A DNA stretch of 64,000 nt from an uncultured Alphaproteobacteria bacterium (GCA_902541215.1 CACBPV010000002.1:5775-69774), one strand, 5' to 3'. Counted from the first letter of the stretch, positions 9,351-23,148 are shown. Numbers and translations: made by a program. Notes: generated by a model from the letters alone, not told the origin.

Positions 9351-10692
9351 TAAATTTCTTCAAACTTTCAACTGTCAAACTCATTTCTTCTTTTGTACCA
9401 ATACTAATTCTCAAAAAATTGGGCAGATTATAACTATTTAAACGCCTTATAATAATTCCATCATTCATAAGATGATTACTAATTTTCTCAGCTTCTTCTT
9501 CTGAAGTTTCAATTAAAGTAAAATTACCTTCAGTTTGTCTGGTCTTAATATTTAGAAGTTTGAGCTCTTTTTCAAACCAATCTTTAATTTCAGAATTTAA
9601 TTTAACAGAGTTTTCAATATGTTCTTTATCTTCCAAAGCTTTAATTGCAAGAGACTGTGAAATCGTTGTCGTATTAAATGGAGGTTTTATTTTATTAATT
9701 ATATCAGCTATTTTTTGACTGGTATAACACCAGCCTACTCTTAAAGCTGCGAGTCCATATGTTTTTGAAAATGTTCTTGTTAAAATAATATTCTCATATT
9801 CGTCTGTTAAACTAAATCCTTTATCATAATCGTCTTTTTGCACATATTCGACATATGCCCCATCTATAACAACTATAATATTTTTAGAAATACTACTCAT
9901 TAATTTAACAAGTTGGTCTCTAGACAAATAAGTTCCGGTGGGATTATTAGGTGATGCAATATAAATAACTTTAGTAGCGTCATTTGTTTGATCTATGAGA
10001 TTTTCAATATTTAAATTGAAATTTTCATCTTCCTTAATTTTTTTTGGAACAGCACCAACTACTTTACTCACAATTGAATACATCTCAAAGCCGTGGTTTG
10101 CGTGAAGAATTTCATCACCATCTTGACAAAATGCTAAAGCTGCAAATAATAAAACTTCATCTGAGCCAGAGCCAAGAATAATTCTATTACTATCAATAGA
10201 AAAATTTTTAGCTATTGCTTCTCTTAATGATGATCCATCAATTTCAGGGTATCTGTGTAAATCATGATTAATATTTTTTATCTCTAACAATTCAATTGCT
10301 TTCGGTGAAGCACCATAGGGATTTTCATTCGAAGAAAGTTTGATAACTCTTTTATTGTTATTTAACTTTGCCTTACCGCCTTTATAAACATCAATATTTT
10401 CTATAGATCTTTTTGATTGAATATTTTCTTTAGTTAACTTTTGAAGTTTTTCAGAAGATTGAAAAATTTCTCTCCAAAGTCTAACAATAGTATCTTTCTG
10501 GTAAGATCCTGTAAATTTAGAGCTTAATCTGTCGAGAATTTTTTGTTCTCTATCTAGATCAACAACTGAATTATCTTTTTTGTGTTTTCCTATTTCTAAA
10601 ACAATTTTAGATCGATTAGATAATAAAGATAAAATTTCATCATCAATTTTATTAATTTTGCTTCTTAATTTGTCTAATTCTTTATTTTTCAT
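9343..10692 (-). CDS. Fusion protein: AroQ chorismate mutase domain + class-II (HisC-like) aminotransferase
   Basis: The N-terminal ~90 aa (LDKLRSKINKIDDEILSLLSNRSKIVLEIGKHKK...REQKILDRL) follow the AroQ chorismate mutase pattern. The remainder has the HisC-family blocks LSSNENPYG and TFSKTYGLAALRVGW (PLP lysine). I chose the MKNKELD start at 10692; the track ORF extends to 10734 (MIYLKIVCKETSKI), which looks non-native. Confidence 0.8.
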   Translation of the reverse strand: MKNKELDKLRSKINKIDDEILSLLSNRSKIVLEIGKHKKDNSVVDLDREQKILDRLSSKFTGSYQKDTIVRLWREIFQSSEKLQKLTKENIQSKRSIENIDVYKGGKAKLNNNKRVIKLSSNENPYGASPKAIELLEIKNINHDLHRYPEIDGSSLREAIAKNFSIDSNRIILGSGSDEVLLFAALAFCQDGDEILHANHGFEMYSIVSKVVGAVPKKIKEDENFNLNIENLIDQTNDATKVIYIASPNNPTGTYLSRDQLVKLMSSISKNIIVVIDGAYVEYVQKDDYDKGFSLTDEYENIILTRTFSKTYGLAALRVGWCYTSQKIADIINKIKPPFNTTTISQSLAIKALEDKEHIENSVKLNSEIKDWFEKELKLLNIKTRQTEGNFTLIETSEEEAEKISNHLMNDGIIIRRLNSYNLPNFLRISIGTKEEMSLTVESLKKFNV

Positions 10693-10805
10693 AATTTTGG
10701 ACGTTTCTTTACAAACTATCTTAAGATAAATCAAAATAAAGTAGTATTTAATTTAAAAAATAACGATTAATTGACTTAGACAGATATATAAATATAAGAC
10801 CGATT

Positions 10806-10856
10806 ATCACCGATTTGAGACAGCTTGCGGGTGGAGCAATAATCAGCTAAAGCGTT
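10806..10856 (+). promoter_or_regulatory. SAM-II / SAM-V class riboswitch candidate (H-type pseudoknot) in the metX leader
   Basis: The RNA reads ACCGAUUUGAGACAGCUUGCGGGUGGAGCAAUAAUCAGCUAAAGCG. GAUU (10812-10815) can pair with AAUC (10841-10844). GCUU (10823-10826) can pair with AAGC (10850-10853). The two helices cross, forming a pseudoknot. The CGAUUU / GCUUGC / GCUAAAGC blocks match my recollection of the alphaproteobacterial metA/metX SAM-II consensus. The element sits 48 nt upstream of the metX ATG. No covariance model was run. Confidence 0.65.
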
Positions 10857-10901
10857 TACACTCCTCCTTCATTCTTTCAAATAGTGTTAGACTAAAAAGA
10901 T

Positions 10902-12050
10902 ATGAAAACAAAATTTACTACTGACACAAAACTTGAAAGCGAAATAGCCTATTTCGAGAATATTAATCTAAAACTAGAATCAGGAGATATAATAGATAGT
11001 TTTAAACTAGCATTCAAAACATATGGCAAATTGAATACTGATAAAACAAATGCTATTCTTGTTTGCCATGCTTTAACTGGAGATCAATATGTTGCTGGGA
11101 ATAATCCCATTACTGGGAGAGAAGGTTGGTGGTCAAGAATGGTTGGACCTAATAAACCAATTGATACAAACAAATTTTTTGTAATTTGCTCAAATGTACT
11201 CGGCGGTTGTGCTGGTTCAACTGGTCCTAAAGAGTTGCAAAATGGAAGTGATGTTGCATATGGTGGTAATTTTCCTTCCGTAACAATAAAAGATATGGTG
11301 AAGGCTCAATCTTTATTGATTGAAAGTTTAAATATAGAGAAGTTATTTTCTGTCATTGGTGGTTCGATGGGAGCAATGCAAGCGCTTCAATGGGCAATCG
11401 ATTTTCCAGATAAAATTTTAAATATAATACATATTGCGGGCGCGTTAAAACATTCGGCTCAAAATATTGCATTTCATGAAGTTGGGCGACAGGCAATAAT
11501 GAGTGATCCTATTTGGAAAAATGGAAAGTATTTTGAAAATAATGAAGTACCAGAAAGAGGTCTATCAGTAGCAAGAATGATTGCACATATCACATATTTA
11601 TCCGAAAATGCGATGCATAGAAAATTTGGAAGAAAACTTCAATCAAGAGATATTATTTCTTTTGGATTTGATGCTGATTTTCAAGTTGAGAGTTATCTAA
11701 GATATCAAGGTAAATCATTTGTTGAAAGATTTGATGCAAATTCATATCTTTATTTAACAAGGGCTATGGATTATTTTGATCATGATGAAACATTTAGAAA
11801 AAATATTGAGTTTAGTCATAATCCAAATAACCATTTAAAATTTTTAATTGTTTCATTTACCTCGGATTGGTTATTCCCTACAATAGAAAGTAAAATGATT
11901 GTAAATCAATTAAATTCTCTATCAAGAGAAGTAAGCTTTCTAGAAATTGATACTGATAAAGGACATGATAGTTTTTTATTAGAGGAACCACAGTTAGATG
12001 ATGTAATAAAAGGTTTCTTAATAAACAACTTTGCAAAGATAGATGAATAA
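10902..12050 (+). CDS. metX: Homoserine O-acetyltransferase
   Basis: 382 aa alpha/beta hydrolase with LVCHALTGD and the nucleophile block GGSMGAMQALQW, typical of MetX. Confidence 0.95.
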   Translation: MKTKFTTDTKLESEIAYFENINLKLESGDIIDSFKLAFKTYGKLNTDKTNAILVCHALTGDQYVAGNNPITGREGWWSRMVGPNKPIDTNKFFVICSNVLGGCAGSTGPKELQNGSDVAYGGNFPSVTIKDMVKAQSLLIESLNIEKLFSVIGGSMGAMQALQWAIDFPDKILNIIHIAGALKHSAQNIAFHEVGRQAIMSDPIWKNGKYFENNEVPERGLSVARMIAHITYLSENAMHRKFGRKLQSRDIISFGFDADFQVESYLRYQGKSFVERFDANSYLYLTRAMDYFDHDETFRKNIEFSHNPNNHLKFLIVSFTSDWLFPTIESKMIVNQLNSLSREVSFLEIDTDKGHDSFLLEEPQLDDVIKGFLINNFAKIDE

Positions 12051-12744
12051 AATTAATAGCATAAGAAAAGATTGGTCTCTTATTGAAACACTTATCGCAC
12101 AAGATGGAAAAATCCTAGATATTGGATGTGGTGATGGCGGTCTTATGGAACAATTAGAAAATAATCGTAATGCGATAACTCATGGAATTGAATTAAATAG
12201 AGATCTAGCTGCAAATGCTATCGCAAGGGGTTTCAATGTTGTTCATGGAAATGCCGAATTGGATTTGTCCCAATATTCAAATAATAGTTTTGATTATGTA
12301 ATTTTAAGTCAAACTTTACAAGCAATGATGAAACCCAAAGATATTCTGTCTGAATTATTAAGAATAGGATCAAAAGCTATAGTTTCTTTTCCTAACTTTG
12401 GACATTGGAAAATAAGATTACAGCTTTTAATATCTGGAAAAATGCCAGTTACAGAAAGTTTACCTTATACATGGTATGACACACCTAACATTCATTTTTT
12501 TACAATTAAGGATTTTTTGAATTTGTGTAATGAAATGAATATTGTGATTGAAAAAAGTATTGGATTAACATCAAAAGGTAAGCAATTTGATATAAGTGAA
12601 TCAGTTACTGGAGTAAATTTTTTCACTCACGAAGCTATCTTTTTATTAAGTTATAAAAATTTTGAACCAATAAAAATTAAATCATCAAAAAAAGTTTTTG
12701 CAAAAAATTCTGTTATTGCAAATTTGTTATTAGATGAAAGTTGA
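12043..12744 (+). CDS. metW: Methionine biosynthesis protein MetW (SAM-methyltransferase fold)
   Basis: 233 aa with the ILDIGCGDGGLM motif. It overlaps the metX end by 8 nt, the canonical metXW arrangement. Confidence 0.9.
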   Translation: MNKINSIRKDWSLIETLIAQDGKILDIGCGDGGLMEQLENNRNAITHGIELNRDLAANAIARGFNVVHGNAELDLSQYSNNSFDYVILSQTLQAMMKPKDILSELLRIGSKAIVSFPNFGHWKIRLQLLISGKMPVTESLPYTWYDTPNIHFFTIKDFLNLCNEMNIVIEKSIGLTSKGKQFDISESVTGVNFFTHEAIFLLSYKNFEPIKIKSSKKVFAKNSVIANLLLDES

Positions 12745-13486
12745 AATTATAAATCAATTAAAAGATAACTACTCTTTTGTTTTATATAATGACACGCTTA
12801 GGAGCTGTGTTATAGATCCTGCTGATAGTAATCCTATATTAAATTTTGCTCGTGAAAACAATTTAACCATAGAAGATATATTTATTACACATCATCATAA
12901 AGATCACACATCTGGTGTAAAAGGAATACTTAATGCTTTTCCAGAAGTTAATATACACTCTCCAAGTGCTCAGATTGAAAATACAAGATTCGTTTTACGT
13001 GATGGAGATGAAGTCAACTCCTGCTTAAATACATTTAGAATAATAAAAACACCCGGGCATACATTAGATCATATAATTTACTATGATGAAAACAATGGTA
13101 TTTTATTTTGTGGTGATACACTGTTCAGACTTGGTTGTGGTCGTGTGTTTGAAGGAACATTAAATGAAATGTTTAACAGTTTACAAAAAATTAATGAATT
13201 TGATAAAAATACAATTATTTATTGTGGTCATGAATATACTTTAAACAATTTAAATTTTCTTGAAAAAATTCTTAAAAAAGAGGATGTTTATTTGATGGTT
13301 AGAAATAAAATTATAGATGATTTAAATAATAAAGGAAAATCTGTGCCTTTTTTATTAGAAGATGAACAACGCTATAACTTATTCCTGAATCAAAATTCAA
13401 AATTAGGTACTATAATTAAGAAAGAGCTAGGTTTTACAGACTATGAATTGTTTGCTTATTTGCGAAAAGCAAAGGATAGCTTTTAA
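12734..13486 (+). CDS. gloB: Hydroxyacylglutathione hydrolase (glyoxalase II, metallo-beta-lactamase fold)
   Basis: 250 aa with the THHHKDHTSG (HxHxDH) metal motif, a DNYSFVL N-terminus and a GHEYT block. It overlaps metW by 11 nt. Confidence 0.85.
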   Translation: MKVEIINQLKDNYSFVLYNDTLRSCVIDPADSNPILNFARENNLTIEDIFITHHHKDHTSGVKGILNAFPEVNIHSPSAQIENTRFVLRDGDEVNSCLNTFRIIKTPGHTLDHIIYYDENNGILFCGDTLFRLGCGRVFEGTLNEMFNSLQKINEFDKNTIIYCGHEYTLNNLNFLEKILKKEDVYLMVRNKIIDDLNNKGKSVPFLLEDEQRYNLFLNQNSKLGTIIKKELGFTDYELFAYLRKAKDSF

Positions 13487-13566
13487 GGAGTATATTTCCA
13501 GTATTTACGCCATATTTTTAATTTGACTATTCACATAGTTCACTATAAACCCCGCCATCAAAAGAT

Positions 13567-14088
13567 ATGTTAGCAATTTTCAAAACTGGTGGAAAGCAAT
13601 ACTCAGCAAGAGCTGGTCAGATACTTAAAGTAGAAAAACTTGAGGGATCCAAAGGTGATAAAGTGTCTATTACTGATGTATTAGCGATCAGTGATAAAAG
13701 CACAAATAGCTTAGGCGAGCCTTTACTAAAAGATGCTTCAATTGAAGCAAAAATTGTTGATCAAATCAGAGATAAAAAAATAATAGTTTTTAAAAAAAGA
13801 AAAAGACAAAATTACAGACTAACACAAGGTCATAGACAATATCTAACTGTATTAAGAATAGAATCAATTTCTTATGGTGGAAAAAAGTCAACTGCTGAAC
13901 CTGAAACAAAAAAAGTTAAAAAAACCGAAACTAAAGTTAGTAAAGAAAAAATTGAGTCTAAAGAGGTAAAAATTGCAAAAAAGAAGACAGTTACAAAAAA
14001 AGCAGTAAATAAAGCTTCACCTACTAAGAAAAAATCAGTAAAGAAAACTGTTAAAAAAAACGTTAAAACTAAAAAAGAAGATAAATAA
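13567..14088 (+). CDS. rplU: 50S ribosomal protein L21 with a lysine-rich C-terminal extension
   Basis: The N-terminal ~103 aa ([18 protein letters not shown]...[14 protein letters not shown]) are canonical L21. Residues ~104-173 form a K-rich low-complexity tail. Confidence 0.95.
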   Translation: MLAIFKTGGKQYSARAGQILKVEKLEGSKGDKVSITDVLAISDKSTNSLGEPLLKDASIEAKIVDQIRDKKIIVFKKRKRQNYRLTQGHRQYLTVLRIESISYGGKKSTAEPETKKVKKTETKVSKEKIESKEVKIAKKKTVTKKAVNKASPTKKKSVKKTVKKNVKTKKEDK

Positions 14089-14345
14089 TGGCAACGAAAA
14101 AAGCAGGTGGTAGTTCTAGGAATGGAAGAGACTCGGCGGGTCGAAGACTTGGAGTTAAAAAATTTGGTGGTGAGAACGTAATAGCAGGAAACATTATTAT
14201 TAGGCAACGAGGCACAAAGTTTCATCCAGGTGATAATGTTGGCATAGGTAAAGATCACACAATATTTGCTACAATAAATGGAAAAGTAGCTTTTAAAAAA
14301 ACAAGAGTAAGAACTTTTGTATCAGTTGTTCCCACAGAACAATAA
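14088..14345 (+). CDS. rpmA: 50S ribosomal protein L27
   Basis: 85 aa, [29 protein letters not shown]... is canonical L27. The start overlaps the rplU stop by 1 nt (TAATG). Confidence 0.97.
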   Translation: MATKKAGGSSRNGRDSAGRRLGVKKFGGENVIAGNIIIRQRGTKFHPGDNVGIGKDHTIFATINGKVAFKKTRVRTFVSVVPTEQ

Positions 14346-14359
14346 TCCCAATTAATTAA

Positions 14360-16453
<2,094 letters not shown>

Positions 16454-16457
<4 letters not shown>

Positions 16458-17707
16458 GTATTGAAAATAATATTATTGAATTAGGGAAAAGAGCAAAATA
16501 TGCCTCTCTAAATATGAAAGTCTGTAGCAGTGATCAAAAAAATCTTGCTTTAACAAAACTCACTAAAAATTTAGATAAAAATAGAAATAAAATTCTTGAA
16601 GCTAATAAAATAGATTTAGAAAATGGTGAAAAAAAATCTTTAGCTAAGCCTTTAATAAATAGACTTACATTAACTGAAAAATCTATTGATGGATTGATTA
16701 CATCAATTGAAGATATAATCGAAATACCAGATCCAATTGGAATTACATTAGAAAAATGGGAAAGACCTAATGGTTTGCAGTTTCGTAAAATTTCAACACC
16801 ACTTGGTGTATTAGGTGTGATTTATGAATCCAGACCGAACGTTACTGTTGATGCGTCTTGTCTTTCTATAAAATCTGGCAATTGTATAATTTTAAGAGGT
16901 GGTAGTGATAGTTTTCATTCCTCTAAGGAATTAGTAAATAATATTACAAATGCTTTCACAGAAGCTGGCCTTCCTGAACATTGTGTCCAAATGATTAATA
17001 CACCTGAAAGAGAAGCGGTTGATCATTTGCTAAGAATGAGAGATTATGTTGACGTAATTATTCCTAGAGGCGGCAAAGGTTTGATTGAAAAAATTAATTC
17101 AGCAAGCAAAATACCTGTTATCAAACATTTAGATGGTATATGTCATGTGTATGTAGATAAAGATGCTAATTTAAGCATTGCAGAAAAAGTAGTTTTTAAT
17201 AGCAAAATGAGACGTCCTGAAATTTGTGGTGCTGCAGAAACACTTTTAATTGATGAAAAAATTAAAGACGAAGCAATGAAAATATTAAAACCTCTAAAAG
17301 AAGTAAATTGTGAAATTAGAGGCGATGAGTATATTCAGTCTTTAGATAGTGATTTTAAAACGGCAAGTGAAGAAGATTGGTCATTAGAATATTTAGATAA
17401 AATTTTATCAGTAAAAATTGTTTCAGGAGTTGATGAAGCGGTTAAGCATATAAATGATTATTCTTCTGGACATACAGAAAGTATAATTACAGAAAGTGAA
17501 AAAACCTTTGAAAAATTTTATAATAAAATTGACAGCGCAATAATACTTAAAAATGCATCTACACAATTTGCGGATGGCGGTGAATTTGGTTTTGGTGCTG
17601 AGATAGGAATCTCAACAGACAAAATACATGTAAGAGGACCAGTGGGAACAAAACATTTAACTACATTTAAATATGTAGTTAATGGTAATGGCCAGGAAAG
17701 ACCTTAA
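16454..17707 (+). CDS. proA: Gamma-glutamyl phosphate reductase
   Basis: 417 aa with IIPRGG and the catalytic Cys block CGAAETLL. It overlaps proB by 4 nt. Confidence 0.95.
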
Positions 17708-18286
17708 TTGAAAAAGATTGGACTTCTGGGAGGGTCTTTTGATCCACCACATCGAGGGCATCTATTTATTTCAAATGAAGCTAAAAAAGTATTACAGCTA
17801 GATGAAATTTGGTGGCTAGTTACACCTCAAAACCCCTTGAAGATTTCAAAGCCCGCAACATACGAGGAGAGATTACAAAATTGTAAACAAATTACAAAAA
17901 ATTTTCCTATAAAAATATTAGAAGTAGAAAAAAAAATTAAATCTCAATACTCTTATCAAACAATTAAATTTCTAATTCAATATTATAAAAATATTAAATT
18001 TTTTTGGTTAATGGGTGCAGACAATTTAGTTAATTTCCACGAATGGGAAAAATGGCAATCAATTTTTCATATTATCTCTATTGTTATTTTTAGAAGACAT
18101 GGATATAATACGAATGCTTTGAAAAGTGTTGCGGCAAAAAAATTTATTCATAATAAATATATAGCTCAAGACATAGAACATGTTTCAAAAAAAATTCCTG
18201 CATGGACTTTGATACAAAATAAAGAAATTAAAATTTCATCATCTGAAATTAGAAATCAAAGGAATAAATTAAGAGGCAAATATTAA
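17708..18286 (+). CDS. nadD: Nicotinate-nucleotide adenylyltransferase
   Basis: 192 aa with GGSFDPPHRGH. It uses a TTG start immediately after the proA stop codon. Confidence 0.9.
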   Translation: MKKIGLLGGSFDPPHRGHLFISNEAKKVLQLDEIWWLVTPQNPLKISKPATYEERLQNCKQITKNFPIKILEVEKKIKSQYSYQTIKFLIQYYKNIKFFWLMGADNLVNFHEWEKWQSIFHIISIVIFRRHGYNTNALKSVAAKKFIHNKYIAQDIEHVSKKIPAWTLIQNKEIKISSSEIRNQRNKLRGKY

Positions 18287-18299
18287 TAAAATTACTTCA

Positions 18300-18635
18300 T
18301 TGACAGAAAATATTGTATCAATACTAACTGATGCAAAAGCTGAAGATATAAAAGTTATTGATTTATCTAATAAATCATCCGTTGCTGATGCCTTTGTGAT
18401 TGCTACCTGTAGGTCAACTAGACATTCAGATGCTACAGCAGACGAAATGGTAAAAAAATTAAAAAAAGCAGGGATAAAGTGTCCAAATCCTGAAGGAAGA
18501 CCTCAATGTGACTGGATAATTGTTGATGCAGGTGAGATTATTGTTCATTTGTTTCGACAAGAAATTAGAGAGTTATATGCATTAGAAAAATTATGGGAAG
18601 TAAGCTTTGATTCTTCACAAACTAAACTAGCTTAA
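18300..18635 (+). CDS. rsfS: Ribosomal silencing factor RsfS (iojap family)
   Basis: 111 aa. The iojap-like pattern (DAKAEDIKVIDL...DAFVIATCRSTRH...DWIIVDAGEIIVHLF) is present. It uses a TTG start. Confidence 0.9.
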   Translation: MTENIVSILTDAKAEDIKVIDLSNKSSVADAFVIATCRSTRHSDATADEMVKKLKKAGIKCPNPEGRPQCDWIIVDAGEIIVHLFRQEIRELYALEKLWEVSFDSSQTKLA

Positions 18636-18640
18636 AATAT

Positions 18641-19936
18641 ATGATAATTTCAAAAAAAGTTTTTTTAAAAGTAATAATACTGTTCACCCTCATTGCACTT
18701 CTTGCACCTAAAACATATGGATCTTCTTCAGATGAAGAAAAATATAAATATTTAGATCTATTTGGACAAGTATTTGACAGGGTAAGATCTTCCTATGTGG
18801 AAGAGGTTACTGATCAAGAATTAATTGAAAAAGCGATTGATGGAATGTTGTCAGGTTTAGACCCTCATTCTGGTTTTATGAATGAAGAAGTATTTCAAGA
18901 AATGCAAATGGATACAGAAGGTAAATTTGGTGGATTAGGTATTGAAATTACTATGGAAGAAGGTTTTGTGAAAGTCATTGCTCCGATAGAAGATACGCCG
19001 GCATATGATGCTGGAGTTCTTGCAGGTGATTATATTATTCAAATAGACGAAACACCTGTTTTTGGTCTAACTCTAAATGAAGCTGTTGAATTAATGAGAG
19101 GCAAAAAAGGTGAGCCAATAGTAATTACTATTTCAAGAGCAAATACTGAACCTTTTGAAATTGAAATTATCAGAGATTATATCAAAATTAGATCAGTTAA
19201 AAGTGAAGTGCTTAACAATATTGGATACTTAAGAATAACATCTTTTAATGAACAAACAGAAAGTGGTCTTCTAAATGCTATAAAAAAGATTGAACAAGAA
19301 AATAAAATAAAGGGTTACGTTTTAGATGTACGGTCAAACCCAGGCGGTCTTCTTACACAAGCAGTTAAGGTAACGGATATATTCTTGGAAAGAGGAGAAA
19401 TTGTTTCAACAAGAGGCAGAGATAAAAAAGACATAAGAAGATATCGTGCAAAAAAATCTGATAGAACTAATGGAAAACCACTTGTAGTAATTATTGATGG
19501 TGGTTCTGCATCAGCTTCTGAAATTGTCGCAGGTGCACTTCAAGATCATAAAAGAGCAATCATTATAGGCACACAATCTTTTGGAAAGGGTTCAGTTCAA
19601 ACAATAATTCCTTTTCAAGTTTCAAATAGTGATAATCTAACTGGTATAAGATTAACTACCGCCAGATATTATACTCCTTCAGGTGAATCGATCCAAGGTA
19701 AGGGGATCGTACCAGATATAATCATTGAACAAGGAGAATTTGAATCTTTTGATTATAAAAGATTTTCTGAATCAGATCTAAAAGACTCTCTTGATAAAAA
19801 TAATGAAGAAGATGTAGAAGAAAATGAAGATAATGAATTAAGTGAATTTGAAAAACGTTTAGAGATTGATTATCAACTTCGGAGAGCTTTTGATCTTGTG
19901 CAAGGTGTAAGTCTCTTTAATGAAACTCAAGAATAA
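18641..19936 (+). CDS. ctpA: Carboxy-terminal processing protease (S41, PDZ-containing)
   Basis: 431 aa with a signal/TM N-terminus, a PDZ region and the S41 blocks GGSASASEIVAGALQD and SFGKGSVQ. Confidence 0.92.
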   Translation: MIISKKVFLKVIILFTLIALLAPKTYGSSSDEEKYKYLDLFGQVFDRVRSSYVEEVTDQELIEKAIDGMLSGLDPHSGFMNEEVFQEMQMDTEGKFGGLGIEITMEEGFVKVIAPIEDTPAYDAGVLAGDYIIQIDETPVFGLTLNEAVELMRGKKGEPIVITISRANTEPFEIEIIRDYIKIRSVKSEVLNNIGYLRITSFNEQTESGLLNAIKKIEQENKIKGYVLDVRSNPGGLLTQAVKVTDIFLERGEIVSTRGRDKKDIRRYRAKKSDRTNGKPLVVIIDGGSASASEIVAGALQDHKRAIIIGTQSFGKGSVQTIIPFQVSNSDNLTGIRLTTARYYTPSGESIQGKGIVPDIIIEQGEFESFDYKRFSESDLKDSLDKNNEEDVEENEDNELSEFEKRLEIDYQLRRAFDLVQGVSLFNETQE

Positions 19937-19938
19937 TA

Positions 19939-20409
19939 ATGCAAAAAAAATATAGAAAATGTGTGGGAATGATGATTCTCAATGCAAGAAATCAAATTTT
20001 AGTTGGTCGAAGATTAGATCATCCAAGTGGATATTGGCAGATGCCTCAAGGTGGTATCGATGAAAATGAAAATCCTGAAGAAGCAGTTTGGAGAGAAATG
20101 ATGGAAGAGATTGGTACAAATAATGCATCTTTGATTACTTCATCTCAAGAATGGATCTCTTATGACATACCTACAGAAACACTAAAGACATTACCATGGG
20201 GTGATAAATACATAGGTCAAATTCAAAAGTGGTTTTTATTTCGTTTTACAGGAATTGATAACGATATAAATGTAGGAACAGAAAATCCCGAATTTAGTGA
20301 ATGGCAATGGGTGGATTATGATGAAATTAGCCAAAACGCAGTACCATTTAAAAAAAATGTTTATATAAAAATTCAAGAAGAATTTAGAAGTAATTTAGCT
20401 AATATATAA
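19939..20409 (+). CDS. rppH: RNA pyrophosphohydrolase (Nudix)
   Basis: 156 aa with the Nudix box GGIDENENPEEAVWREMMEEIG and an RppH-like N-terminus YRKCVGMMILN. Confidence 0.9.
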   Translation: MQKKYRKCVGMMILNARNQILVGRRLDHPSGYWQMPQGGIDENENPEEAVWREMMEEIGTNNASLITSSQEWISYDIPTETLKTLPWGDKYIGQIQKWFLFRFTGIDNDINVGTENPEFSEWQWVDYDEISQNAVPFKKNVYIKIQEEFRSNLANI

Positions 20410-20421
20410 TTTAAAAAGAAA

Positions 20422-20819
20422 TTAAATTTTATCGTAATAATTTACATTTATTGCTTCTAATTTTGCTTTAGCCACAGAAAGTTGTTCCTCTGTTTCCTTG
20501 CCTTCCTTATTTTCTAATTCTTGTATTTCTTTTTCTATTGATGTTTTTTCTAAAGAATTCACTTCAACAACACTTTCAGCAAGAACAATACATTTTTCAG
20601 GATTGATTTCTGCAAAACCACCAGAAACAAAAAAGGATTTAATTAAACTTTTATCTTCATTATATACCATTACTCTTCCTGGTCTAAGAGAGGACATTAC
20701 CTTGCTATGTCCTGGTAAAATGCCTAAGTCGCCATCTTTACCAGGGACAATTATAGTACCAACTTCATCGTTGAAAACAAGGTTTTCTGGAGAAACTAAA
20801 TCAAAAGAAATTGTTGCCA

Positions 20820-20820
<1 letters not shown>
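20422..20820 (-). CDS. atpC: F1 ATP synthase epsilon subunit
   Basis: 132 aa, canonical epsilon pattern. It shows 1-nt start/stop overlap with atpD. Confidence 0.95.
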
Positions 20821-23145
<2,325 letters not shown>

Positions 23146-23148
23146 AGA

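Noticed and set aside
10693-10734. N-terminal extensions in the track for CM/hisC (to 10734), proB (from 15321), priA (to 27375), DUF484 (from 28002) and ffh (to 55512)
   Set aside because: In each case an internal Met reproduces the conserved family N-terminus. The extension either overlaps the neighbouring gene or covers the leader, and for ffh a GGAG precedes the internal ATG.
13523-13549. Sigma-70-like promoter TTGACT (13523-13528) and TATAAA (13544-13549) upstream of rplU
   Set aside because: The hexamers look good, but the spacer is only 15 nt, and AT-rich DNA yields many such matches. It is not reported as a feature without start-site data.
13872-14258. Track ORF 13872-14258(-), 128 aa
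   Set aside because: It is the reverse complement of the lysine-rich (AAA/AAG) L21 tail and the L27 start, which gives an F-rich open frame by necessity. It is not a gene.
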